Shown here in pieces: positions 50,671 to 59,679 of a stretch of 64,000 nt of DNA. Under the pieces are notes generated by a model. The model was not told where the DNA came from, did no database searches, and worked only from the letters and a program-made list of their open reading frames with translations. The DNA comes from Bacteroidota bacterium (lineage in GTDB: Bacteria > Bacteroidota > Ignavibacteria > Kapaibacteriales > Kapaibacteriaceae), in contig JBDKEN010000001.1 of the NCBI GenBank assembly GCA_039795225.1, positions 21,610 to 85,609 on the forward strand. The letters are read 5' to 3'. How positions within the stretch are numbered: position 1 is the stretch's first letter; each line of letters opens with the position of its first letter. The translations under genes were made by a program, and so were the position numbers.

Positions 50671-51885
50671 ATGTTTCGACACCTTCTCGTTCTTGTTCTC
50701 GGATTGGCTCTTGGTCAGTCCTTCGCTCTCGGGCAGGCCCGCCCATGGATCTATCGCAGCAACGTATTGCCAGGATCATCACCCGTGGTATGTAACGCGG
50801 CCGGTGGCATTGTTGTGTTTGACAAGATCGCAATGCGAACCATTGATCATGGATTCACGCTTGACACTGTGCGTGATCTTGATCAGGACATCTGCGCATT
50901 TGTTGACTTCCCGGGTGCAATCAGCTTTGCTGTGACCTACAGTAGTGCATCACGCACGGTCTGGTCGTATTTCTCGCAAGGTGGCAACTCATGGTCAAAG
51001 ATCGACTCTATGATGAACGTCGATCGACCAACGAGCATCGCAACATCGCAGACTGAATGGTTTATGGCAACGGAGAATGGTTCGACCATCTACCGCGTGG
51101 GAGAAACCTCCACGACCATCAAGGGTCCATCGTCCGAGCCTATCCGCCAACTCGTCCTCGTTGGCTCAATGCTCGTTGCCAATGTCAACGGTCAATCGAT
51201 CGCAACCTCAACAGACTTTGGTATGACCTGGAAGACGCTACCAGCAGAGGGCATCGGTCCAATGCATGTCCTCGACGGGAATGCGTACGTCGCCTCCACG
51301 CAAGGAGTCAAGAAGCTCGATGTTGATGCTGGTACATTGGTTCCTGTGGGTGTGTGGGCTGTTGCCTCACCCGGTGCCCCACTGACTCTTGACATCGATT
51401 CGTATCTCGGCCGGTTGTACTGCCTCGCGCTCGATGGGGCGTATCAGCTCTTTCAGCTCGATCCTGGAACAACATCATGGGTGCCAGTTGGTCAGCCCCT
51501 TCCCTGTCGCGCCGCTGCTGCAAGCCCTTCGATCATGACGATTGAATCTGGTTGGGCCGTTGCCGCCATCAATATCACTGAGGGCCAGAAGGACACGTCA
51601 GGGGTCTACGCATACGATTTGAATGATTTTTCATCGGTGCACGAGGGAGCAACGCGTGATACGTATCCATCGCGGATCATTGATCGGTCGACCACAGCAA
51701 TCGAGCTTGGCGTTGAAAATCCAACAGCACTCTTGATCGACCAGTCGGGCCGTACGGTCATGCAGTGCCCCCATCTTGGGGACGGGAGATATCAGCTTTC
51801 GGCAAGCACGCTTGCCGCTGGCGTCTATACCATCGTGACGCAGGACGCGCTGTCGCGAACCGTTCAACGTCTACTCGTGCCATAA
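50671..51885 (+). CDS. Secreted protein with T9SS-like C-terminal sorting domain, propeller-like repeats
   Basis: Signal peptide MFRHLLVLVLGLALGQSFALGQA; C-terminal LIDQSGRTVMQCPHLGDGRYQLSASTLAAGVYTIVTQDALSRTVQRLLVP. Confidence 0.65.
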   Translation: MFRHLLVLVLGLALGQSFALGQARPWIYRSNVLPGSSPVVCNAAGGIVVFDKIAMRTIDHGFTLDTVRDLDQDICAFVDFPGAISFAVTYSSASRTVWSYFSQGGNSWSKIDSMMNVDRPTSIATSQTEWFMATENGSTIYRVGETSTTIKGPSSEPIRQLVLVGSMLVANVNGQSIATSTDFGMTWKTLPAEGIGPMHVLDGNAYVASTQGVKKLDVDAGTLVPVGVWAVASPGAPLTLDIDSYLGRLYCLALDGAYQLFQLDPGTTSWVPVGQPLPCRAAAASPSIMTIESGWAVAAINITEGQKDTSGVYAYDLNDFSSVHEGATRDTYPSRIIDRSTTAIELGVENPTALLIDQSGRTVMQCPHLGDGRYQLSASTLAAGVYTIVTQDALSRTVQRLLVP

Positions 51886-51903
51886 GCCAGGCTACGACGC
51901 ACC

Positions 51904-52230
51904 ATGGCGAAAGCTGCACTGAACGCTGCACAGCAGCGCATAATGACTCGCAAGCGACTCATTACGATTGTTGGTCTGACCCTTGCTGTGCTGGCCTTCA
52001 TTCTGTTTTCCAATTACGGTGTCGTTACACGACTATCGTTAATGAGTGAAACCTCCGATCTCGAGGGCCATGTCAATGAACTCCGCAGCACATCCGATAG
52101 TCTGCGACGTCAGATCAGAATCCTCGAGTCCGACAGTACCGAGATTGAACGTCTTGCCCGGGAACGATATGGATATGTGCGTCCAAACGAAGAAGTCTTC
52201 ATCATCAGCCGCGACACCGCAACACCATAA
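51904..52230 (+). CDS. FtsB/DivIC septum formation initiator-like protein
   Basis: Single TM followed by coiled coil LEGHVNELRSTSDSLRRQIRILESDSTEIERLARERYGYVRPNEEVFII. Confidence 0.8.
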   Translation: MAKAALNAAQQRIMTRKRLITIVGLTLAVLAFILFSNYGVVTRLSLMSETSDLEGHVNELRSTSDSLRRQIRILESDSTEIERLARERYGYVRPNEEVFIISRDTATP

Positions 52231-52694
52231 TGCGCGTCCGTAATTTCGCCATCATCATCCTGCTCTGTAGCAGTCTCTTTCTCAGTACTTCCTGTTCAAT
52301 CATGAGTTCACATTCCATCCGCCCCTTTACTGCTGCCAACGCTGCTGCTCCAATCGGTCCATACTCGCATGGCGTTGCCTGCTCCGGGAATCTTCTCTTC
52401 CTCAGTGGACAGATTCCACTCCGTGCTGATGGGACACTCGTAAGCGGTACAATCGCCGAAGAAACCCGTCAGGTGTTTGAGAACATCCGTACCATTCTCA
52501 CTTCGCAGGGTGCCGATCTGACATCGATTGTCAAGACCACCGTGTTCTTGAAGAACATGGATGACTTTGCCGAAATGAATGGTGTCTACGCGGAGCAGAT
52601 GGGTGATCACCGACCAGCACGCTCGGCCGTTGAAGTTGCTCGTCTGCCGAAAGATGTGCGCGTCGAGATCGAGGTCATCGCATGCGTGCCCTAA
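52230..52694 (+). CDS. RidA family protein with N-terminal hydrophobic leader
   Basis: AAAPIGPYSHGVACSGNLLFLSGQIPLRADGTLV...VFLKNMDDFAEMNGVYAEQMGDHRPARSAVEVARLPKDVRVEIEVIA. Confidence 0.92.
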   Translation: MRVRNFAIIILLCSSLFLSTSCSIMSSHSIRPFTAANAAAPIGPYSHGVACSGNLLFLSGQIPLRADGTLVSGTIAEETRQVFENIRTILTSQGADLTSIVKTTVFLKNMDDFAEMNGVYAEQMGDHRPARSAVEVARLPKDVRVEIEVIACVP

Positions 52695-53203
52695 GGCACC
52701 TCGTCATGGTGCTCATGCTGCTCATGACGTCGGTCAGGGGGCTTGCACAATCTGCCGATACGACGTCGGCATTCACGCCGCTTGCTGGACCGACGAAATC
52801 TTCGACGACGGCCATTCTCTATTCCTTGGCCTTCCCAGGCTTGGGCCAGATCTACACCGAAAACTATTGGAAGGTCCCACTGTTTACGGGCGCGGCTGTG
52901 GCCACTGCCGTGCTGTTTGTTCGAAACAATGCTGATTTCGCAACAGCTGCGACCGCGTACGACGATGCCGTTGCGAATGGACTTGATGCAGCGACCACCA
53001 ACATCCTGCTTCGGCGTCGGGAGGCATTTCGTGACAATCGAGATCTGGCAGGGGTGTTCTTTCTGATAACCTATGCCCTAGCTGCTGTCGACTCCTACGT
53101 TGGAGCCGAGCTCTATCAGTTTGATACGGGAGAGAATCTCAGCCTATCGGCGGGTCCATCAGCCCGGAACCTCGTCGCCGTCAATCTCCGCCTGACGTGG
53201 TAA
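52682..53203 (+). CDS. DUF5683-like membrane protein
   Basis: AILYSLAFPGLGQIYTENYWKVPLFTGAAVATAVLF...DNRDLAGVFFLITYALAAVDSYVGAEL. Confidence 0.75.
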   Translation: MRALRHLVMVLMLLMTSVRGLAQSADTTSAFTPLAGPTKSSTTAILYSLAFPGLGQIYTENYWKVPLFTGAAVATAVLFVRNNADFATAATAYDDAVANGLDAATTNILLRRREAFRDNRDLAGVFFLITYALAAVDSYVGAELYQFDTGENLSLSAGPSARNLVAVNLRLTW

Positions 53204-55146
53204 AGATGCGCCCCCTATCTTTGCCAATGCTTTTTCGTATCGCCCTGCATCTCTCGGTAATCGGCACGCTGTGCGTGTCTGTGGCTGCCCAATCCTCGCT
53301 ATCGGAAACTCTGGGCCTGCGTCTCGGAGCTGGGTTGGCGTTTAGCCAGCATTCGGGACCATTTACACAGACAGCCGGGATGCTCGACTGTGAGCCGCTG
53401 TCATTTGGGGACGGATATGGACCAACGGGCCTCTTGGGTATTGAATTCCCCGTCTCTTCCTGGGGTATGCTGGGAATTGAGCTGGCCCTGACAAATCGAT
53501 CAGGGTCATTTTCACGAACCAATACCTACCCACTTCGCGACAGCATCACGGGCCAGGACGTGACGATGTCGACATTGTATACGCTCAACGCCACGCTGTC
53601 AAACGTCGATGTTGCGATGATGCTCCACATTCCCGTTATCGGAACTGCGCAACAACGACATCTTGGCTTGAGCGTTGGACCTCGGTTGGCCCTTCCGATG
53701 ACGGCAACATTTGAACAGCGTGAATCGGTAGTAAGTCCGGAGACCGCGGTGTTCTTTGTACAAGGTTCGCCCGTGCAGGAACGCCTGATACGCTCAGGTG
53801 CATTGCAGTCTCGCACTCCGTTGATGATTGCGTTATCGACAGGCTTGGAGTCATTGATAGCTCTTTCTGATCGACTCAGCCTCGTGCCCCGGTTGAGTGT
53901 TGACTACTTCGTGACTAATGTTGTTGGTGACGCCTCGTGGAAACAGATGTCGATTCGAGCAGATGCCTCGCTTCGCTTCTCGTTCAAGAAGACACCGCTG
54001 ATGCCACCTCCTCCGCCGCCGCCGGTCATCGTTGAGGCTCCACAAGCACCTGTGTATGCCCCACCGATCCTTGATCTATCCCCGCGTTCCTTTGTCGGTG
54101 AGATCGTCACCGGTAACGTCCTCAGGGCATCGATTCCCATCGTCAATGCCGTGTTCTTCGACAGTGCACGAGCCGACGTGCCACCATCGTACAAGGTGGC
54201 TGCTGATGGTTCGCAAATGAGCACTGATCCTGTTGATGCGCATGCCTGGATTCTACCGCGGATCGCCGCGATTATCGCCTCCAATCCACAGGCACGAATC
54301 ACACTTGAGGGTGCCACGAGTGGACCCGTGACGGAGCCTGAAGGCCTTGCGCTTGCCAAACGGCGAGCAGAATCGGTTCGCACCGCATTAGTTGGACTTG
54401 GCGTACCGTCATCATCGATCACCGTCAACTCCTCGCTTTCACCACGGATTACATCCAACGTCGACCTCCAAGGTGGACGTGAAGAGAACCGACGCGTCGA
54501 CATCATCGTCCAAAATGCACCGCTTCAACGGTTCGTACTGACGGAGGAATTTGCAGAGCTGCGCGGTACGGCTACGGTTGCCTCACGGTTCCAAGGTGGC
54601 CCTCCAGAGGCAACGCCGACAAGCCAGGTGATCACTGTAAACAGGCGCGATACAGTGGTTACAACGATGAATGCGACCGTCTCGATGCCGGTGGTTGTCC
54701 GACTTGACAATTCTGGTGAGCCCCCTGCCACCATTGCTGCGTCGTCATCAGCGGGCGGTCAGTATTCGGAGACGCAGCTACCAGTCCCAGCTGATAAGCT
54801 CACGAGGCGCAGAATTGCGCTGAGCACCGATGGCTTTGAAGCGATCCTTCGGTTCGACTACAACAGCGCAGAGCTCCTTGAAGACGTCAAGACACTGTTG
54901 CGTCAGCTCGCCGATCAGCTACCTGAAGGCTCAACGATCATGATCGAGGGAAGCACGGACATTCTCGGCTCACTGGAGCGGAACAAGCTTCTTTCCAACA
55001 ATCGTGCGGCGAACACCGAATCGTATATTCGGTCAATCACGACAAAGAAGTTTACGTTCTCGACCACGTCACAAGCATCGCCATTCAGTGACGCTACGCC
55101 ACAGGGACGATTCCTGAACCGCAACATCCGGATTCGCGTCCGGTAA
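53197..55146 (+). CDS. OmpA family outer membrane protein with two OmpA-like C-terminal modules
   Basis: VFFDSARADVPPSYKVA...ITLEGATSG...ALAKRRAESVRTAL; RFDYNSAELLEDVKTLLRQLADQLPEGSTIMIEGSTDILGSLERNKLLSNNRAANTESYI. Confidence 0.8.
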   Translation: MVKMRPLSLPMLFRIALHLSVIGTLCVSVAAQSSLSETLGLRLGAGLAFSQHSGPFTQTAGMLDCEPLSFGDGYGPTGLLGIEFPVSSWGMLGIELALTNRSGSFSRTNTYPLRDSITGQDVTMSTLYTLNATLSNVDVAMMLHIPVIGTAQQRHLGLSVGPRLALPMTATFEQRESVVSPETAVFFVQGSPVQERLIRSGALQSRTPLMIALSTGLESLIALSDRLSLVPRLSVDYFVTNVVGDASWKQMSIRADASLRFSFKKTPLMPPPPPPPVIVEAPQAPVYAPPILDLSPRSFVGEIVTGNVLRASIPIVNAVFFDSARADVPPSYKVAADGSQMSTDPVDAHAWILPRIAAIIASNPQARITLEGATSGPVTEPEGLALAKRRAESVRTALVGLGVPSSSITVNSSLSPRITSNVDLQGGREENRRVDIIVQNAPLQRFVLTEEFAELRGTATVASRFQGGPPEATPTSQVITVNRRDTVVTTMNATVSMPVVVRLDNSGEPPATIAASSSAGGQYSETQLPVPADKLTRRRIALSTDGFEAILRFDYNSAELLEDVKTLLRQLADQLPEGSTIMIEGSTDILGSLERNKLLSNNRAANTESYIRSITTKKFTFSTTSQASPFSDATPQGRFLNRNIRIRVR

Positions 55147-55830
55147 TTAGCTCTCCTTTGGAGGCTCGAGAAGTCCCATCTGGCGCTTGAGTTCAAGCAG
55201 ATCCTGATCCACCTTACCCGAAGATGAGAGCTTTCTGAACTCTTCATCGAGCTGGGTGTTTTCGCCTGCTAGCTGCTCGAATGCCGAGGCCTCAGCCTCG
55301 AGCTTTTCAATCTTTGCTTCGTACTTGTCAAACTTGCTGAAGGCATCCGTGCCAATGCCCGCAGCAGACTTTGCGATTTGGGCTTGTGCCTTGGCTGCTT
55401 GTGAGCGAGCGATCAGCGTACTCTGACGTGAGCGCGCCTCATCAAGCTTGCGCTTGATACCGTCGAGCTGCTCACGAATCTTTGCCGTTGTCACGCGTGC
55501 CTGTTCATGCGTCGGCATAAGCTCGGCGACATTCTTGTCGGCAATTGCCTTCTTTTCCAGGGCAGCACGCGCGAGATCTTCACGACCAGCATTGATTGCC
55601 TGCATTGCCTTCTCCTGCCAGCTAGCGCTTTCGGCCTTCTGTGCGGCAATCCGCTTCTCGAGGCTTCGCTCATTGGCGATGGCATTTGCAACGGCCAGCG
55701 TCGTCTGGTTGACCGATTCCTCCATGTCGAGAACGGCCTGCTTGAGCATTTTCTCCGGGTCCTCCGCGCGGTCAAGCGCGTCGTTGGCTCCGGCGCGGAA
55801 CAGATCGGCGATGCGAGAAAAGATACCCAT
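55147..55830 (-). CDS. pspA: PspA/IM30 family protein
   Basis: MGIFSRIADLFRAGANDALDRAEDPEKMLKQAVLDMEESVNQTTLAVANAIANERSLEKRI. Confidence 0.92.
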   Translation of the reverse strand: MGIFSRIADLFRAGANDALDRAEDPEKMLKQAVLDMEESVNQTTLAVANAIANERSLEKRIAAQKAESASWQEKAMQAINAGREDLARAALEKKAIADKNVAELMPTHEQARVTTAKIREQLDGIKRKLDEARSRQSTLIARSQAAKAQAQIAKSAAGIGTDAFSKFDKYEAKIEKLEAEASAFEQLAGENTQLDEEFRKLSSSGKVDQDLLELKRQMGLLEPPKES

Positions 55831-55900
55831 GAAAAGCCCCTTCCAAGATTCAGCAAACAACTGCAGACCGTGAACGAAGTACGGACCGTTTTGTTTGACG

Positions 55901-55908
55901 AAAATACA
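55901..55908 (-). promoter_or_regulatory. Putative -7 element TATTTTCG for pspA (about 70-nt 5' UTR)
   Basis: Same octamer as upstream of murD, on minus strand. Confidence 0.45.
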
Positions 55909-55931
55909 GCAGTCAGGGGGCTCGTCGGTGG

Positions 55932-55939
55932 TATTTTTG
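55932..55939 (+). promoter_or_regulatory. Putative -7 element TATTTTTG, 12 nt from recR ATG
   Basis: TATTTTTG-CGTC-ATG. Confidence 0.6.
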
Positions 55940-55943
55940 CGTC

Positions 55944-56537
55944 ATGCTCCCCTCAGAATCCATTGAACGCGTTGTTGAGCTCTTTGCCTCACTGCCAACC
56001 ATCGGAAAGAAAACAGCGCGTCGATTAGCGTTTCACCTCCTTCGCCAAAGCCCACACGAGGTAGAGCAGTTTGCCTCTGCATTGATCGACATGCGCTCGC
56101 GCGTGAGAGAATGCTCCGTCTGTCACACCTTTACCGATGCTGAGACGTGTGGCATCTGCCTGTCTCCGAAACGAGGCACAACGGTAATCTGCGTTGTTGA
56201 GCAGCCTTCAGATGTGATGGCAATTGAGCGAACCGGCGACTTCCGCGGACGGTATCATGTTCTCCACGGGGCGTTAAGTCCGCTCGACGGTATTGGTCCA
56301 GAAGATATACGTCTTAAGGAACTCGTCGCCCGCATGACGTCAGAGGTGGAAGAGGTAATTCTTGCCCTGAACCCCAACGTCGAGGGTGAAGTCACCACAC
56401 AATACATCGCAAAGCTTGCCACACCGCTTGGTGTAAAGGTCACACGCATCGCTCGTGGAGTGCCGATGGGGTCCGATCTGGAGTTTGCAGACGATGCAAC
56501 ACTTGCACGCGCGTTTGAGGGTCGTACACCGGTATGA
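55944..56537 (+). CDS. recR: Recombination protein RecR
   Basis: LPTIGKKTARRLAFHLL, CSVCHTFTDAETCGIC, HVLHGALSPLDGIGPEDIRLKELV, ARGVPMGSDLEFADDATLARAFEGR. Confidence 0.96.
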   Translation: MLPSESIERVVELFASLPTIGKKTARRLAFHLLRQSPHEVEQFASALIDMRSRVRECSVCHTFTDAETCGICLSPKRGTTVICVVEQPSDVMAIERTGDFRGRYHVLHGALSPLDGIGPEDIRLKELVARMTSEVEEVILALNPNVEGEVTTQYIAKLATPLGVKVTRIARGVPMGSDLEFADDATLARAFEGRTPV

Positions 56538-57292
56538 CATCGCCCCAATTGGAGTCGACAACCCCATGGTATGCCTCGTGGTTCGAGTCACCATGGTACA
56601 TGCAATTGTACCGACATCGGGGTGAAGCCGAGGCGCGTCAGGTTGTGCAGCTCATTGATCACACCATGCACATCCCGCATGATGCCGAGATTCTCGACCT
56701 CTGTTGTGGCTTTGGTCGACATACCATCGCCCTTGCCGAGCGTGGCTACCGCGTAACCGGACTTGATTACTCACAGCACCTGATCAACTATGCTCGTGAA
56801 TACAACGCCCATCCGAATGCGACGTACGTTGTTGGAGACATTCGGGGACCGTACCCATCGAGATCATACGCCCTAATCGCCAATTTGTTTACGAGTTTCG
56901 GGTACTTTGATTCGCATGACGACCATCAACAAGTGTTTCATACGATGCGTGATCATTTGGCTCCTGGAGGTCGGCTGGTGATGGATTTCCTGAACAGCAC
57001 CGTTCTGCGCTCGACGCTGGTTCCGGAATCATTGTCAATGATCGGTGAAACGACGGTTATCCAAGAGCGCTGGATTGACGAGCCATTTGTGCGCAAGACG
57101 ATTACGATCAATGTGCCATGCCAGGCCGAGCACACCTTCGAAGAGCGTGTCTGGCTCTACTCGCCCGAGGATCTTCGTTCGATGATGGAGACGGCCGGAC
57201 TGCACGTGGTTCGTGCGTTCGGCGCATACGACGGTAGTCCGTTTGTTGCAGATCAATCGCAACGGATCATCCTGATAGCTGAGGCCGAATGA
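56534..57292 (+). CDS. Class I SAM-dependent methyltransferase
   Basis: AEILDLCCGFGRHTIALAERGYRVTGLDYSQHLINYAR; overlaps recR. Confidence 0.88.
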   Translation: MTSPQLESTTPWYASWFESPWYMQLYRHRGEAEARQVVQLIDHTMHIPHDAEILDLCCGFGRHTIALAERGYRVTGLDYSQHLINYAREYNAHPNATYVVGDIRGPYPSRSYALIANLFTSFGYFDSHDDHQQVFHTMRDHLAPGGRLVMDFLNSTVLRSTLVPESLSMIGETTVIQERWIDEPFVRKTITINVPCQAEHTFEERVWLYSPEDLRSMMETAGLHVVRAFGAYDGSPFVADQSQRIILIAEAE

Positions 57293-57882
57293 TTCGCCCC
57301 CTCCTCAAGATCCTTCTGCTTGGTTGGACTCTCCTTGTAGGGGGCTGTGCAACGCGCACACCAGAAGAGCCATCTGGAGACCGTGGAACCTACGAGCCAC
57401 CGACGAGTCCGCTCATCGTGATCGATAATCTTCGCAACGCCGTCATCGAAAAGAACACGCAGAACTTTATGCTCTGCTTGGCTGATCCGACGCGGAGCTC
57501 CGTGCCCTACGGCTTTGAACCATCTGCTGAAGTCGGTGCGCGCTATCAAGCCGTTTTTAGCTCGTGGTCCATCGACAAGGAGCGACAGGCTTTTCTGAGC
57601 ATGACCAGTAGACTCGCCCTCGACCAGCGACCAAGCTTGATTTTCTCGAATACGCAGGTCGCGTTCTCCTCTCCCGATTCCCTGGTCTGGGTAAGTGATT
57701 ATGAGCTTCGTGCTCAGCTTAACATCTCCACCCTCCCATCACTCTTGACCGGTACATTGGCACTGACCATTACCCCAGAACGAAGCGGGTTATGGAGTAT
57801 TTCTCGCTGGCGTGACGCGAAGCGACCAGGCGACACCGTCGAATCGACCTGGTCGCTCCTGAAAGGTCAGCTCTCAAACTAA
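57289..57882 (+). CDS. Lipoprotein of unknown function
   Basis: Lipobox LLGWTLLVGGCATR; overlaps methyltransferase (ATGA). Confidence 0.6.
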   Translation: MIRPLLKILLLGWTLLVGGCATRTPEEPSGDRGTYEPPTSPLIVIDNLRNAVIEKNTQNFMLCLADPTRSSVPYGFEPSAEVGARYQAVFSSWSIDKERQAFLSMTSRLALDQRPSLIFSNTQVAFSSPDSLVWVSDYELRAQLNISTLPSLLTGTLALTITPERSGLWSISRWRDAKRPGDTVESTWSLLKGQLSN

Positions 57883-57916
57883 CCCTCCGTCACGCCGACC
57901 AACTATGGTTGGTCGA

Positions 57917-58729
57917 TCAATTTCCGTAGCGGTCGCGGTATGTTGGTGGGAGATCAATCGCATACTTCACCGCAAGTCCCAGCCTGAGAACATTCGTCTT
58001 CCAATCACGATTGTACAGGATGTTCGTGATGCCATACGTGTACTGCAGCTCCGGTGCAATAGTCAGGTCCGGCACGTTGGGAATCTGGATGTCATAGCTC
58101 AAACCGGCATTCACCCCGAACTGCAGATTGCGCACGTCGGACAGGAAGCCGGAACGCACATTGCGCTCCCGCGATCCATCGACGTAGGTAATGGTACTTG
58201 GTGATACAATCGACTCGCTCTGTGTGAATGATGTTCCGGTAATGTATCCGCATTGGATACCAAGACCTATGTCGAAGCCCTGTACATCAAAACTTACTCC
58301 TGGTTCAATAAACACTGCGTGAACGGTTGCTGCGATGTCATGACGAATCGTCAACCGTCGTGATGCAAGCTCACCGTTATATGCCCAAAGCTCTTCGTTG
58401 GAGCTGAAGTCGCCCCCTAACTGCGTATACATCAATCGCAGATATGGAGTCAGCCCCATACTCAGAGGAACCTCGGCGATTCCGTCAATCGAAAAGCCTG
58501 TCTTCTGCGCATTGCCGAAGCCCAGACAGCAATTGTCGATCTGCGGCAATGAGGCAAAGTCAGCTTGAAGGAATCGTTGATCAAAGGATGCGGCGATGCC
58601 CAGACGGATCTTCTCATACATGAGCGTTGGACGTGTCTGTGCATGTGCAACGGTCAGAAGAACTGCCGCTCCGACAAGAGGTCCAAGGCACCGCCGCAGG
58701 AAGTTTGTGATCAAGGTGTAGTGTGGCAT
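57917..58729 (-). CDS. Outer membrane beta-barrel (PorT-like) protein
   Basis: Signal peptide; KIRLGIAASFDQRFLQADFASLP, alternating beta strands, LRLGLAVKYAIDLPPTYRDRYGN; AGGAG SD upstream of ATG. Confidence 0.55.
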   Translation of the reverse strand: MPHYTLITNFLRRCLGPLVGAAVLLTVAHAQTRPTLMYEKIRLGIAASFDQRFLQADFASLPQIDNCCLGFGNAQKTGFSIDGIAEVPLSMGLTPYLRLMYTQLGGDFSSNEELWAYNGELASRRLTIRHDIAATVHAVFIEPGVSFDVQGFDIGLGIQCGYITGTSFTQSESIVSPSTITYVDGSRERNVRSGFLSDVRNLQFGVNAGLSYDIQIPNVPDLTIAPELQYTYGITNILYNRDWKTNVLRLGLAVKYAIDLPPTYRDRYGN

Positions 58730-58738
58730 GGGGCTCTC

Positions 58739-59662
58739 CTATCGTACGATGATGAATTGCGTGGCCACGGACTGGAACTGTGTACGAACCGACATGACGT
58801 ATGGCCCAGCTGCCATGTCAAGTGGCGAAAATGGGAGTCTGAACTCCCCTGCGGAGACCGGACCCGAGAAGAGCTCGCGTACGGGAGTACCATCACCATC
58901 ATAGATCGTAACAGTGATTACTTCTGCCTGTGCGAAGTCACAAATCACCTCTGCCCTATCACTCACAGGCTGGGGCAGTACGCGAAGCGTCGGATGACCG
59001 GCAACTGCCGTCAGACGTGGACCACCCGCTTTGCAGATGCTGAGATCAGTGAATGAACCGTTCTCCATGTAGACCCGCATACGCGAGGGTTCTTCCCACT
59101 GAAACGATTCGAACTCGAGCGCCGTCGCTGTGTCATTGCCGAGTCGAACGAACGCATTGATCGATGCAAGCTGCTGGATTGTATCGGTTGCAACACCCTT
59201 GAGCGTTATGAGATACGCGTGATCCACCTCCTCAACGCTATCGATGCCACGGGGCTCCAGCATCGACTTGTTGAATCGAATCTTTGCGGTCCAGTGCTTC
59301 ACACCACCGACGAACATCTTTTGCGTTGATACCATCGATATAGGGATGGTAATCGTTTCACCGTTGCGTCCTGTAAGGTGTGGCATGGTCACCGTGGTAT
59401 GCCACCCATTGGCATCGTGGATACGATTCGCCACATACCAGAAGCCCTGTTCCATATGCTTTGGATGTCGCTGGGTGATACCAATCACTGGTTGACCCGC
59501 GGAGCCATGAATCGTGTGGACTGTGGAGGACATCACATCACCTCCATTACTGATAAGGTACTTTCCAACGGAGAGCTGTGCGTTCATCCTCGGTGCCATC
59601 GACAGAGTCAGGATGATGCCGGCGGCCGTTAATGAGCTTGCTACTGCATGTTTCGCATTCAT
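58739..59662 (-). CDS. Secreted protein with T9SS type A sorting domain
   Basis: Signal peptide; C-terminal LRVLPQPVSDRAEVICDFAQAEVITVTIYDGDGTPVRELFSGPVSAGEFRLPFSPLDMAAGPYVMSVRTQFQSVATQFIIVR. Confidence 0.8.
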   Translation of the reverse strand: MNAKHAVASSLTAAGIILTLSMAPRMNAQLSVGKYLISNGGDVMSSTVHTIHGSAGQPVIGITQRHPKHMEQGFWYVANRIHDANGWHTTVTMPHLTGRNGETITIPISMVSTQKMFVGGVKHWTAKIRFNKSMLEPRGIDSVEEVDHAYLITLKGVATDTIQQLASINAFVRLGNDTATALEFESFQWEEPSRMRVYMENGSFTDLSICKAGGPRLTAVAGHPTLRVLPQPVSDRAEVICDFAQAEVITVTIYDGDGTPVRELFSGPVSAGEFRLPFSPLDMAAGPYVMSVRTQFQSVATQFIIVR

Positions 59663-59679
59663 AAGGCATCCCTCGATGG

